A stretch of 63,197 bases of DNA, filler included, from Hyphochytrium catenoides (lineage: Eukaryota > Protista > Hyphochytriomycota), in the NCBI GenBank assembly GCA_900088475.1. It is 9 parts of 9 records of this genome, joined end to end, with 100 filler letters (N's around TTAATTAATTAA, not from the genome) between each part and the next. Parts side by side here need not be neighbours in the genome. Positions count along the whole stretch, not along the records: positions 12,359 to 43,637 come from FLMG01004660.1; positions 43,738 to 46,890 come from FLMG01001276.1; positions 46,991 to 48,538 come from FLMG01001813.1; positions 48,639 to 50,068 come from FLMG01001027.1; positions 50,169 to 55,615 come from FLMG01001502.1; 4 more parts are not named here. One strand, written 5' to 3'. The notes beneath the pieces were generated by a model. That model did no database searches and was not told the DNA's origin. It saw nothing but the letters and a program-made list of their open reading frames with translations. This document shows positions 37,676 through 51,477 of the stretch, piece by piece. Made by a program: the position numbers and the translations under genes. Position 1 is the stretch's first letter; every line of letters starts with the position of its first letter.

Positions 37676-38361
37676 CAGAGAGAGAGACAGAGAATACTTG
37701 GTAGCCAGGAACCTGCCCCGTATACTTTTTCCCTCCCCTATCTCTCCCTTGTCTCTCTTCCCGCGTCCAACACCATGGCCGTAGCATATCTGTCATTTGC
37801 AGTGCGCCTTACTCGGACTTTACAACTCCTCATGCCTCACCAACTTGAAGAAGCTCTGTGGGTTTTCTTCTTTGAACATTTTCTGCTGGACCTTGAAGAG
37901 AAAGGCGAGATGGGGGCGTTTCCAGCCAAGGCATCATCATATGTGACTTCTACTCTATTTGTTTCCTCGTTACTCCGTACTATCACGGATCTTTCGCTTC
38001 TTTCTCATTCCACTTTTTGTCTCCCTCTTTCATAGGGTTAGGGCACATCCTTCGGCGTGCAGGCCCTGACTTGCTCGTAGCATGATAGACAGTTCCCATT
38101 TTTGCGCCAGACGCACAACAGACATCAGTGCGGTTTGTCGAAGTGGCGGCCTTGTGAGAAAGTGAAGGAGAAGGTCTATCTCTCTTCCTCTTGCGCTTTC
38201 TCTCTACTCTGTCTCTTGATCATAGTTTGCGTCTCCCTGTCGGCCCTCCTAATAGATTAAGCTTGTGCTCCTTTCCACCTTTTGCGCGCTCTCTTCTTTC
38301 AAAAGGAACTTGTCGTGCCTTGCTGCTGAAGCCAAGGAGACTACGGAGAAGATAGCCAACA

Positions 38362-41300
38362 ATGGCATCTAGGTTAAGACGAATTGTCGCGCTCCTGGGA
38401 CTCAGCAGCGTTATCCTTCTCTCTTTTTGCTCCTCTTCTTCGCTTATCCCGTCAATTGGTGTAGAAGCCCTCACCCCTAGGGCTGAGAAGGACGCGATCG
38501 CAGTCCTGTTCGAATGGAAGTTCGAGTCCGTAGAGAGAGAGTGCGAACGGCTCGCCCGCCTGGGCTATGGATTCGTACAAGTCTCTCCGCCACAAGAGCA
38601 CATACACGGGCAGCAGTGGTGGTAAGCGCAGAAGCCGATAGAAACTCTAACAAATTCACGGAGGGGCGAGAAATCATAACCCTAAGAAGGCGTATCACCG
38701 AAGGAGAGAAAGCGACTTAGAGGGCAGGGAACAGAGAAGGCTCTGAAAGAATGGGAGAGTGGTAACGGGGCGAGAGAAAGAAAGAGATGATGGATGATAG
38801 CCAATGGCGGGGAGTGCAGTGGCCCATACAAATAGCAGAAGGGAAAAGTCTATAGGGAGTGACACAGGGCTGTTGTTGCTGGGAGAGGAATAATGGAAGC
38901 GGCTCCAAGAAGATCTCCGGCACTTTTGATCTTCTCTGATGTTTCACGTTGTTTCTCCTTGTCCTCTTCTCCCATCTCAGGACCAGCTATCAGCCTGTGA
39001 GCTATAAGATCGCTGGTCGCCTAGGAAATCGCGAAACATTCATCAGCATGGTACAGACCTGCAATCGTGCAGGGGTAAAAGTCATCGTGGACGCCGTTAT
39101 AAACCACATGACAGCTGGTGGATCTGAGACAACCACCGGCACGGGCGGATCTCTATACTCTAAATATAACTATCCTGGTATCTATCAGGATGAACATTTT
39201 CACCGCTGCCGCAGGGACATAGAGGGGAGAGACCATCAAGGTGAGCAGCAAGACTTTCTTCTATCGACTATCGCTATCCTGCCGGTGCCTGCTGCCGTTG
39301 TTCCGGCATGTCGTGACTGCTGCATCTCCGTCTTGGCAATCCCTGTCGCCGCAAGTTCTTCCTTCCATGTTGCTTGTTGATTCGTACAGAGAACTAGTCT
39401 TCCCATCACCAGCTGTCACTTTCTCTCCTTAAAATTTCCTCTTGCTTCTTCTACTGTCAACGTACTGAGCAGTAGAATGTCACAAGCGCCTTGTTGCTCC
39501 TTCGCACCTCACTCCATGGCGTATTATATATACCGTTGTCCTCGGACTAGTCTAGCTACATTCTCTTTACCTTGTCTGTCTTTGTCTGTGTGCCAATCTG
39601 TCTCTATCACTTGTTTACCTCTCTCTCTCTTTCTCTTTTTCCCTGGCTCTGTGCTCCTCACTCCAATCTCTCCTCATTCTCTTCTCTTATTACGACTTGC
39701 TTCTTCTTCTTCCTCTTTCTGTTCTCCTCATCTCTTCTTCTCTTTCAACCCTGGTATTCCTTTCTCTGACCCCTTCCTCCCGTGGTGTTTCTATCTCTCT
39801 CTTCCCTCTCTGCATCTCTTCTATGGTGAATGTCTTCATCATGCGTATGACGAGTTAACCACTTGCCACTGCCGTTCTGCCAGAGGACAGGGTAAAGGTG
39901 CAGGAGTGTGAGCTGCACAGCCTGGCTGACTTGGACACCGGGTCCGAATATGTCCAGCAACGGATAGCCAGTTACTTTAATGACTTGCTCGCCCTAGGTG
40001 TTTACGGCTTTCGAGTGGACGCCGTCCAGCATATGGCCGCCAAGGAGCTGGCCGGGATCAAGGCCAAGATCAAGAACCCGAATGTCTACTGGGTCCAGGA
40101 GGCTGTCTTTGGAGCAGACAAGCTTGTCCTGCCAGACGAGTATGTGGCAACTGGAGAGGTGCAAGGTACGACGCCGAAGCGATGGAACGGAGCGGAGAGA
40201 AGAATGAAAAGTAGAGGCAGGAGATTGAGCAAACATAGCGGGAGATCGTAAACCTCTGCCAGTTTGAGAAGCAAAAGCTGTGTGTTCGGAGCAAAGAGTT
40301 AACGGCCTGGTACTCGGTCTGAGGTCAATGCGCTTTGATGGGTGTAGAAGCACGACAAATGTGATATGCTGGCTTCCCTGATTCTGCAAGGAAGGGTTAG
40401 CAATAGATGCCCTAGGGCTCTTGATAAGCTCTTTCTCTTCTCTACTCGCTGCTCGTAACACCTTCTCTGTTATCTCTTTTCTTAGAGTTCCGGTACTCAA
40501 AGATGCTCAAGGCTGTGCTACGCAAAGAAGAGAGCCAAAAGCTGGCAAATCTTAAGAACTTCGGGGAGGGCTGGGGCTTCATGAAGAGCGAGCACGTCAA
40601 CGTCTTCGTCACCAATCACGATACGGTTAGATCATTCGGCGGCCTTTCTACGTCACCTTTACCTTCTCTCATCTATGTCAACTCAACCTTCTTCTTCTTT
40701 CCACTGCTCTTTCGCCGTACATTCAGGAGAGGAATGGTGGGACTCTCACCTTTAGGGACGGCCCTCTGTACACCCTTGCTCATACCTTCATGCTCGCTTG
40801 GCCCTACGGGACCGTAGGGGTGCATTCCGGCTACGAGTTCCCTGAAACTGACTTGGCAATGGGACCTCCAAACGATGGAGTCGTCCGGGAATGCTATCGG
40901 GACGGGTGGCAGTGCCAGCACGCCTGGCAGCAAATTTCTAACATGGTACTATTCAGATATGCCGTCCGCGGTGAGCCCGTCACCGACTGGTGGGACAATG
41001 ATGAACATGCTATTGCCTTTGGGCGGGGCCAGAAGGGCTTCGTTGTCATCAACAATGGGGACGTTGCCCTTTCCCATGTCTTCAGGACCAGTCTCCCCGC
41101 GGGTCAGTATTGTGATGTCCAACACGGAGACATAACCGTGGACGGTCGTTGTTCCGGACCTACCATTACGGTAGGAGATAATGGGCAATTCTCGGCCACA
41201 GTCCCACCGAAAGAGGCCATTGCTATCTATCAGCAGCCAACATCAGAAGCTGCCCCTCCCCCCGCGCTTCCCAGTCTTTCAACGAAGCAGGACAAACCAG

Positions 41301-41659
41301 CAGCAACTAATACGACTGACGAAGTGAAAGAAGTCGAGAATGAAGTGGTGAAGCTGTCTTTCTCTGTCAATGCGGAGACTAAGTGGGGAGAGAACATCTT
41401 TATTGTGGGAGATATTCCTGAACTTGGAGGATGGAATCCTTGTCTCTCCGTTCCTCTGGATTCTGCTGCTTATCCTGCTTGGACCGCTGGGATTGAGCTA
41501 AAAGCTGGACGGTCGTTCTCTTATAAGTTCATTAAGAAAGAAGAGGCAGATGGCCGCATGGTGATTACATGGGAAAAGGGAGAAAACAGATTAGCTACCG
41601 TCCCAAAGGGCGGGCCGGCGAAGATCAATCTTGAAGCTACCTGGAGGACTAACACGTGA
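38362..41659 (+). CDS. Secreted alpha-amylase, GH13 (actinobacterial GH13_32-like) with C-terminal CBM20 starch-binding domain (exons 38362-38621, 38981-39240, 39884-40165, 40486-40625, 40727-41659)
   Basis: Signal peptide; LFEW; [26 protein letters not shown]; DAVINHM; [12 protein letters not shown]; catalytic GFRVDA, QE and FVTNHDTER; FMLAWPYG; GWQCQHAW; WWDN...IAFGRG; GQYCDV; CBM20 [20 protein letters not shown]...YKFIK...WEKGENR. All introns are GT-AG and phase-consistent. Confidence 0.96.
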
Positions 41660-44439
41660 TGACCATCAGAGCAGTAGATCGGGAAGTGATGAGAGACAGA
41701 GAGACAGAGAGGGGTAATAAACAGTATGGGTCTTTAGCTCCATCGTCGGTGCTCTTCCCACTATGCCATGCCTAATTTTAACATTGCTCCAGTGTTTGGA
41801 TATATGTGGCTGAATATGTAGGTTAGGAGTCTCGATGACGGTGCATATCATGAAGCATAACCTCTTTTGAAGGTCTTCTCGTTCTTTTCCCTATAATTGT
41901 GAAAGAAAGTTAACCTTTCGGTCGTCTTCTCCTTCACTCTTTCTTCTCTCTTTTCTTAGCCGGCTGTATCTCCCCTCCTTGACTTCAAGGCTCTCCTCGC
42001 CTCTTTCTTGCGGCTCACTTTTCTCTCTCCCACTCTGTCTCCTCTCGCTGTCTTTGTCTCACTCCTTCGCACTCTCGTCCTCTGGCTCTGCTGTTCCTAA
42101 ACGTCAACTCTTCTTTTCTATGTCCTCTTTTCCCGCTTATTACTTATGATCGACGATACCTCATCTAACCCAAGAGGAGGTTGATACAACCGTCTTCGAC
42201 CGGTCCTCTGCAGCTCCTGTTGCCTTTCCTGGCCGGAGCTACTCTTTTTTCTTCTTCGTTGTTTCTCTATCCTTAATGACAGCCATGGTGTATATAAACT
42301 CTACTTCGAAGAAGCTGCCTCAATCCTCCCTTTTCCTCTCCTCCTTACCCACTATGACTTCTCTCATCTTATTTATTCACAAGTAGACTGCCATGTCTTT
42401 TTCTTTGGTTGCCTAGCGATGCTCCTCGTCCTCGTATTCTTTGTCTCTCCTCCCTGTTTTCTTCATTAGTTTTTGTGTAGTATCCGTCGGACACCTGACT
42501 GCTCTCCTCTTCTTTGGTTTCTTGCTTTCCAAAGGTCATCACAGCCTTTCCTGATGATTCCGCTCCCTTGTTACCCTCATTTTCTCATAATTTGGTGCTT
42601 AGTCGAAGAGATTGGCGTCAGAGATTGAAGCCCACGTCTTTCGGACAAAGAATACCAATCGCTAGTCGTTGGAGCTTGAGACAACAGATGCCTCAGGTAT
42701 GCTTCTTGCTTCAGCGGCTGCCAGAGGAGGAATAGCAGTGGCTGCCGCAGCGCCACCAGCTCTCGCTGCAGCACCACTAGCAGTCGCCGCAGCACCAGGA
42801 GATGCTAGGACATGTGCAGAATTAGCACCCAACTCCAACGCCTTATGACGCACTTCTTCCCCTTTCTCCTCCACCAAGCGTCCCACCCTCAGCTCCTCTG
42901 TGGAGGAAGCAAAGGACCGACGCAAGCAACCGCGCTGTGACAGCAGCAGCAGGAGGCGTCCGCCATAAGCTATACAAAGGAGAACGGTCCCTCTTCAGAC
43001 GAGAGCGTGCACCACGGGGGCTACGGAAGACAGAGGATCACGCGAGACCATCGAAGAGATTAAAAAGCCGCACCACAATCATTGCGATCATCTGCAATCT
43101 TCTTCCTTCTGCTGCCCTTCTCGGGATGTCCTAGACACATTTGCTAGTGGTCAAGGAGAAGAGGAGGTGCAAGAACAACAAAGATTGGGGCCGAGAAGAC
43201 AGACACCAAGGCCATCATTGTTATATGTATATCTCCCCAGACGGCTGCTATCGCTCTGGACCCGACCGGTGTATGGGATGGAACCTCTTCTCTTGGAAAG
43301 CACTATCAGGACGGGTAGTCCCGACTAGAGTCAGCAACGAATGGCTCTGACGAAGGATGCACTCTTCCTTTTCCCTTTCTCCCCTCTTTCTCTTTGCATG
43401 TTATTAGGATAGCCTGTTGACTTTACTTCTCTTGCATGTTGCTCTTTTATCTTTGCATTCTCAGGTAGACTGACTCTCTCGCAAGGGAGATTCCCTCTCA
43501 ACCTCTATATCTCAGTTAATAAACTTCTTTCTGAAGCAGAAGACCCTTTGCTACTTGCGTGTGTTCCCGCGAAGTCTTCCTCTGCGTGGTGTTTGTCTGA
43601 ACTGAGGCCTGGCCAGCCAAGGTACAGACAGAGCACCNNNNNNNNNNNNNNNNNNNNNNNNNNNNNNNNNNNNNNNNNNNNTTAATTAATTAANNNNNNN
43701 NNNNNNNNNNNNNNNNNNNNNNNNNNNNNNNNNNNNNAATTTATACAGGTTTTATTTTATGATGGCAAAAAAAGAAAAGGCGGCCAAGGGCCCACACGAC
43801 ACGCGCCAGCGGGGCCTGTTAGTTATATGATACATACACACGTAAGATTCCCTCCTTTCCCTGGCGTCCAAAGGCGTGAATGTTCCTCTTCAGCTTCCGA
43901 CTTCCGATGCATGAAGCTTCTGATTGGCCGCATCCAGTTACCGCCGCATGGATCAAACCGCAGATCCCTAAATGATTCTGATGATTTGATACACGAACAA
44001 GCAGAAAAAGGTCTCTGGGATACGGAGAGATTTAAACGGATATATTCCGGATATGGCAATTTGCGTTACGAATACAAGGTGATCTAGGTGCCCCCTCTAA
44101 CAAGTGAGAAAAACTAAGCCTAACATCTACTTATTACAGTAGAACTATAACCCTCCCGTCTCTGCTTTATATTGTCGCAATAAAGAATCACAACCCAAAT
44201 ACAATACAGGGTAGGTGGCCCGTCCGTTACATTTACAGGAAGCTGGACCCAGGATACCCATATCTTTGTGCAGCAGCTGCGCACGCTTGTAAGACTCAAG
44301 TATGGAAAAGTGGGTATCGACCTTCAACGGTACCGTCAAACCCAGGTCTCTCCAGAAGAAGTCGCTTGACAGAAGGAAGAGAAAATCAGAGATGGAGGAT
44401 GAGTTAAGAGAGAGAGAGAGAGAGGGGGAGAGAGAGAGT

Positions 44440-44481
<42 letters not shown>

Positions 44482-44594
44482 AACGTTGCTCACATGACGT
44501 GGTCATGTGTCATGTGGAGGGGCACCTGGTGCTGCTTCTGACGCTCTCAAGATGGCGCTAAAGCCGCCCAATGGGGCAAGACGCACGAAAAGAA

Positions 44595-44627
<33 letters not shown>

Positions 44628-44641
44628 AAGAATGGAGAGAG

Positions 44642-44673
<32 letters not shown>

Positions 44674-44990
44674 CAGTTAGAGAGAGAGAGAGAGAGAGAC
44701 AGACGGTAAGTGCTGGTGGTGAGGAGGAATGATGGGATGTGGGTGATAGCTCATGATGAGGATGACTAACCGACAGACCACAAAGAAGACTTTGGCATGC
44801 GCCCGCTACAAAGAGGGCAGGACTGCTGTGTAGCGAAGAAAGAGAGAAACAGTGGCGCCCGTCTCTTCCTCAAGGAGGTCCGTAATTGCCTGTGCGGCTT
44901 TTCCGTGACCGGCGATAGACGAGAAGAAGAAGAGAAACCTTTCTCTCCGCCTTTATCAAGAGAAGCTTGGCCAAGTAAGTAAAGAAGAGG

Positions 44991-45306
44991 ATGTTTGGCT
45001 CATCGCGTCCTGCCGAGGAGCGGCCCTTGGGGGTGGCTGCGGAGGCTGTGCTGAGTGAGTGGCTCGAAAGCAGCATAGAAGGAAGAGCGAAAAGAGGGAC
45101 TGAAGGGCTCCAGCCTTTCTTCTCTCCCCTCGTTGGGGAGGTGGATCAGCGCTCTCCTTTGCCTGTTGAGCGTCTCTCGCGGAGAGAAGGGCGGAGGAGT
45201 CAATGTGATGACTTTGAAAGTAGCGTACAGGCTCTCCTCTCAGCTTGTCATCGGCACCAAGATGTGAGTACCGAAACTGTAGTGCCGCGGCCTTCTCTCT
45301 CTCTCT

Positions 45307-45342
<36 letters not shown>

Positions 45343-46890
45343 ACTGTACCTGGCTCGTCTTTTCTCATTTGAAAGTCCTCCCATCTTACCTTAGCCACAT
45401 CTCTGCCTCAATGCCTCACTATCTGCCCCTTCACCTCCCTTTGATCTTTGTCCCTTCGAACTGCCACCGCTCTCTCTCTCTCCCTCTCTCTCCTCTGCTG
45501 TCGCTCTCCGTCCCTCTGTCTCTCTCTCTCTCCTCCTTCCCTCCTCTCTACTCCAATCCTCAGCTCCCCTCAGCCTTTGTCATCCCCTGCTCTGTCGGTA
45601 GAAGCTCTGTTCTGACCTTATTGCAATGCATCACTAGACAGAGAACGAAGAAAGAAAGACAGAAAGAGAAGAGACAAAAAGAGGGATGACGGGGGAAACA
45701 ATAGAAGAAGAGAACGAGCGCCCCGGGGCAGGACCAATCCTGGAAAGAAAGAGGGAGGTTAGAGTGACGCCAATGAAGGAAAGCTTGGCGATGACGAAGG
45801 AAGAAAAAGCACCTCAGGATAGAGGTTTGGCGAGGTAATAAGCCCTACCAAGAAAGAAATCAAAGTACTGTGAGACATGAGCTGACTGTACTTCTCTCCC
45901 TCTCTCTCTCTTTCTTCTCCTTTTCGTGCTTGGCAGTTCGACCCAGAAAGAAAAGACTGAGACCAGGAGAGACGAAGAAGAGGAAGAAGGTGATGACGAC
46001 GACCGTCCACTCTCTCTTTTTCTTGCGAAGGTGCAGCAGCAACAACAGAAGAGAAGCACACGAGAGAGGCAGCGCGGAGAACAGCTGTTGATGATAAAGA
46101 AAGAGAGACTGCAGACAAAGGAAGAAAACACTAAGAAAAGGTGTCGTCGCCGGAGAACCAGGGTAGACATGGCCACTCTCCAGCACTCTCTCTCCATCGC
46201 AGAACAGCGGCACTTGTCTCTCCTTCGCAGACTAGAAATGAACTCGTGTCCTACCTCAGAACAAACCGCCTCTCTTCTTCCCTGCAAATCTCTCTCTCTC
46301 TCTTTCGCAACCACTCTGTCTATTCGACAGCAACATTTGACCATGCTCTTGGACGCTATAAACACGGGGAGAATGGATTCAAGCCTTCTTAACCTTTTCC
46401 ATATAAACTGCACTGCGATCATCCAAGATCCGCCAGTAGAAGGTGTTTCTCCTTCTGTGGAGGATGTGGCCAGAGAGGAAAAAGAACTCAAAGGTCCAGA
46501 AGGAGTTATGCTCAAGTGGTGAGTTCACTCCTTTTCTTCCAGTGAGCACGTTTTTGTTTTTTTCTCTCTCTCTTCTCTCTCTCTTTCTCGTTGCTGCTTC
46601 CCATTTTTTTGTCTCCTAATCTCCTCTACCCTTCTCAACCCTTCCGCTTTTTCACTATAAGCTATGATGCGCGATGGCTTTGCCCAAAGTATGAAGAACA
46701 ATCGTCTATCTCCTTTTGCCGCGGGTTGCTTGATCCCTGTTCTGTCTCTTCTCCGGTTCTCTCTCTCTCTTTCACGCACCGACATACTCTTACTCGCTAG
46801 CTCACTCGCTGACACTCATCGTTCTGCCTCCCCTCTCTCTTGCCGTCTTTATCCCGGTTTCGCTTTGTAGGGCGATATGTAGCGCAAAGT
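44991..46890 (+). CDS. Partial hypothetical multi-exon protein (coiled-coil; possible start of a CH-like domain)
   Basis: Coding-like segments 44991-45263 and ~45936-46518 end at GT donors; PEGVMLKW|AICSAK precedes a gap. Exon phases are not fully resolved. Confidence 0.35.
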
Positions 46891-47780
46891 NNNNNNNNNN
46901 NNNNNNNNNNNNNNNNNNNNNNNNNNNNNNNNNNTTAATTAATTAANNNNNNNNNNNNNNNNNNNNNNNNNNNNNNNNNNNNNNNNNNNNCGACTATCGC
47001 GGTCAAAACGACCCGCCATGGTCCAGCTCCACCAGCGTCTTCGCCTAAGCTACTTCTAAGCAAACTCTACGATGCGCTTGGCACCAAATCTCTCCACCAA
47101 TCAAAAAAGTTATTGATCAGAGAACGCTTCCGGGATGCTTTCTACCACTGCACTGATCGAACCTCTGCCGACAATAGTTGAACGATACGTGAGCTCTTCC
47201 TAAAAACAGCCCCAGATAGAAGATGCGCCAGGCACTGCCCTTGGTTGATAAGCAATTGAAGGCCCGAGCTGTAGCCGTAGACGAGCTAAAAAAGCGCCTC
47301 AGAAGTGAGATGAGAGACTAGATGAAGATCGAAGTTGAGATCTGTGGATGAAAGAATCACTAGCAAGAAGATCAAAAAAGCGTAGAGTTAGTGGTTACCA
47401 TAAAACTACCGATCTAATCACCGTGAATGATTTCCTATATAGGGCATCTTACTATTCCAAATATTTACCACTATAATTGGTTGTATGCAGGATGTTGTAA
47501 GAGCGTGGCAATATGGTTACTAAACCTTTAAAACCCATACTGAGGGACTAATAATAGGCCGAGCATTGAGTGGTGGCCATCCAGCGCGCAGCGCCACTTA
47601 TCGCCGCCAAGAGAGAGAAAGAGAGAGAGAGAGAGANNNNNNNNNNNNNNNNNNNNNNNNNNNNNNNNNNNNNNNNNNNNNNNNNNNNNNNNNNNNNNNN
47701 NNNNNNNNNNNNNNNNNNNNNNNNNNNNNNNNNNNNNNNNNNNNNNNNNNNNNNNNNCTCCATCTGAAGACTAAGCAAAC

Positions 47781-48473
47781 ATGCAGAACGAGGAAGGCCA
47801 GAACGTTGACCTTTACATCCCAAGAAAGTGGTAAGATACACGCCGTCGCAAGCTCCATCTGTCTCTTATGAACAGCTGCGACCAACGGGCATTGCTGCAT
47901 ATGGCTCTCTTTCTATAACTCTCTCTCTCTCTCCGCGATCTTCCTCTTGGATGCTTGCCTTGTGCTTAGACACTGCTTACTACCATCTCCACACATGGTT
48001 GAACAAGGCTGGGTGAAGAGAGAGTTGCAGAGAGACTTCGCTCTGAGACAGTTACCTTCACTGTCTCTCTTGTCTCTCTCTCTCGGTCGCTTTCTCTCTT
48101 TTTTTATCTCTCGAAAGGGAGCCGTTTCCCTTTCTCCTGATGATGGTTTACTAAGTTACGCCTCTCCCCTTGCGGGCCAACCTCCTGCTGTCTCTTTCTC
48201 TCTCGCTTTTTACAGCTCTTGGACCAACAAGCTCATTGCTGCTAAGGACAATGCGTCTGTGCAGGTAAGCCAGGCACTCTCTCTTTGCTTCTCTTCTCCT
48301 TCTCAGTGGGAATCATTCCTCTTCTTCGTTGTCTTCTCTCTTTCTTGTCTCTCTCCCGACTTTGCCTATCCTCTCCGGAGAAAATGGCTGTTTGACATAT
48401 CTGTTACGGTCGAAAATGCAGTCTACCAACGTCAAGCACGCTCTCTCTCTCTCTCCTCTCTAACACTCATTCA

Positions 48474-48513
<40 letters not shown>

Positions 48514-48538
48514 CCTGATAGATCAATGTTGGCAAGGT
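47781..48538 (+). CDS. RPS21: 40S ribosomal protein S21 (exons 47781-47830, 48216-48264, 48522-gap)
   Basis: Spliced translation [38 protein letters not shown] is the canonical eS21 N-terminus. Confidence 0.96.
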
Positions 48539-49747
48539 NNNNNNNNNNNNNNNNNNNNNNNNNNNNNNNNNNNNNNNNNNNNTTAATTAATTAANNNNNN
48601 NNNNNNNNNNNNNNNNNNNNNNNNNNNNNNNNNNNNNNTTCTTTCTCTCTCTTACAAGGCGCGCTCTCTCAACCGGCAAACACGGGCAGAAAGGAGGACC
48701 GCGCTGCATCAATCATTATGTACCCTTGCTATGGGTGCGTAGCTATACCCGTAAAGCTATCAAGTGTAGAGGGCTACGCACATTTCTCCACAAGGATTAT
48801 GCGCACCTCAAACTAAATCCGTGATGGCCCTTTTTATTGTCATTAAACAGATCTTATACTCCCCCTGTATGAGGTTGGGAAATCTTCTAATGGCAGAATG
48901 TATATTAGGTATGATCATGGAGAGGCGGAGCAGCGAGGTGGGGCAGGGAGTTTGGGTACGACAAGTGCGCACCACTCCCTCAGCAGCGGCACCGCTCCAC
49001 AGTTCTATGCCATTCCTTCTATTGCGTGACTCTGTCTCTCTCCATATAATACATCTCCAGCACTCTGTCTGTAGGCCGTCCTGTAGTCTATCACTCTCTC
49101 GTCCTATCTCTTCTAAATCGTTGTTATCCTTTAGGCCTCTCTCTCTGCCGTCTCTGTCTCCTGTAACCTCATAGTAAACTGGTTGCTCCAAAAATTTTCC
49201 AAAGGTGTTTCCTCTGATTGTTTCTGTTGCTCTTCTCTCTCGAAGAGTCAATGGGTTGATAGGATCGATTGCACTGCCTAACAGACCCAATATCCCTAAT
49301 ACGAATATTGTAGGAGAGATTTGAGGGTTTATCCAGAACTAAAACTTGAAATTACGCCCGATCAATGGAGGGATATAATAGCTATAGACATCTACATATT
49401 CTCCCTGCATATTGGTGAGAATGCGTCCTTTATAGGATGATAAATTCGCACTGTCTTGTGGCTTTGAGATGGGGTACGAAAATAGATGTATCTCTTCATA
49501 GTCTTATTATTACGCCTAATTATCATAAGGCTCATGTAGAGCCATCAGTGTGCGCCGTCGATGTGTGCGTTGTAGCCTCGTACAGATCAGCGCTTTTGAA
49601 GAAAGAGAATGCCGCTTTCCCGCGCGAGCTTCGGTGTGATGGCCAAAAGCTCCAAAGGAAAGTGGAAGCAGAGAAGACAGAAGAGAAAGGAGACAGCAGA
49701 AGAACGGGCGGAAGCTTCAAGGAGCTGGCAGGACGGGGAGAGAGAGG

Positions 49748-49778
<31 letters not shown>

Positions 49779-49896
49779 GAGAGAGAGAGAGANNNNNNNN
49801 NNNNNNNNNNNGGGGGAGAGAGATAACGAGAGAGAGGGAGAGAGAGAAAGAGAGAAAGAGAGAGTGAAAGAGAAAGAAAGAGAGGGAGAGAGAGAA

Positions 49897-49944
<48 letters not shown>

Positions 49945-50430
49945 CCACACACAAATTGACCCTCCCTCGGCTCGTTGAGCGTGTTTGTGCACCTTCTCTG
50001 CTCCTTTTGCCTGTTTGTCTTGCTGCTGCTGTCTCCTTCAATGGCTCGCTTTAGCATTTCTTGGTCAANNNNNNNNNNNNNNNNNNNNNNNNNNNNNNNN
50101 NNNNNNNNNNNNTTAATTAATTAANNNNNNNNNNNNNNNNNNNNNNNNNNNNNNNNNNNNNNNNNNNNTGGATCTTCTCTTCTCCGTCTTTTATATTCTC
50201 TCTGTCTACCACCATTGTCTTGCCAAATCTCCTTTCCTCCTGCTGTGCCTGTCCCATTAACACGTATAAAATAAAGCCTCAGATTTTTGCTAAGGATAAA
50301 GGCTTCACAGCGGGGACGCCGCCTCGGTTCGCTGTCCTCGCCGCTTCTCTCCTCCTCTCAATCCCCATCTCTTCTTGTAGTTCAACTATGATACTTTCTT
50401 TTCCGATAATGATAGCGGAGGAGGTAGCTC

Positions 50431-50926
50431 TTGTCTCTTCTTTTACTTTCTTCTTCTCTTCCACTTCTTTGTCTTCTCCTTCTTCTTTTACTCCTCCTTC
50501 TTATTCTTCCTCTTCTTTGTCCTTCTCCTTCTTATTCTCCTCCTGCTTCTTCTTCTTCCTCTTCTTGTCTCCTTCTTCTTTTACTCCTTCTTCTTCTTCC
50601 TCTTCTTTGTCTTCTTTTTCTTCTAACTCCTTCTTCTTCTTCTTCCACTTCTTTGTCTTCTTTTTCTTCTAACTCCTTCTTCTTCTTCTTCCACTTCTTT
50701 GTCTTCTCCTTCTTTTACTCCTCCTTCTTATTCTTCCTCTTCTTTGTCCTTCTCCTTCTTCTTACTCCTTCTTCTTCTTCTTCCTCTTCTTTGTCTTCTC
50801 CTTCTTCTTCTTTTACTCCTCCTTCTTCTTCTTCCTCTTCTTTGTCTTCTCCTTCTTCTAACTCCTTCTCCTTCTTCTTCCTCTCCTTTGTCTTCTTCTT
50901 CTTCTTTTACTCCTCCTCCTTCTTCC
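50431..50926. repeat. Compound TTC-based minisatellite
   Basis: Recurring TTCCTCTTCTTTGTCTTCTCC and TTTTACTCC modules in a (TTC)n background. Confidence 0.8.
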
Positions 50927-51477
50927 TAAGCGAATTGAATTCATAGAGAGAGAAATCCTTATAATTTTATTGCTCCATCAAGCCCTACAGTAGAACAAAG
51001 GTTCAGTATAAATAATACCATGTGCCAGGCCTAAGGGTATCCGTAATAAGATTGATTCTGATTTGACATAACACCTTGACACACCACTCGTCGATGGTCC
51101 AAGTCAGGTGGTACAGATCACAGGGTTATCGGCTGGACTTGCTTCGAGGTGTGCCACGGACCGGCTGGTGGGAGGGAGGCGATGACAAAGGCGTTTTTGC
51201 AGGAGGATTCGCATCTGCATTCTGAAGCTTCCGAGCTTCGGATGTCATTGCCCCTTCGTGCCGTGACCACGAGGCTCTTCTTTCTTAGTCGCGTGTGCTA
51301 GCGGAGCCCCTCATGCTGGCAATCAATGATAGCGAACGCCCCTTGAACGGTATTGTTTGCCTGGCTTCAAGCTCTTGCTTATACCTTTAGGGCAGTCACC
51401 GCAAAAGTTGCGTCGGAGAGGAGAGAGTAGGAGAAGGGGGCACTCTTAGCCTCTTGTAGTGGTTGTCTCTAGAGAAG

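Noticed and set aside
38362-41659. Bacterial contamination as the source of the amylase
   Set aside because: It has four canonical spliceosomal introns with host-like composition.
48808-49290. Transposase fragment (PLENFWS in an alternative frame)
   Set aside because: A single short motif with no supporting DDE context.
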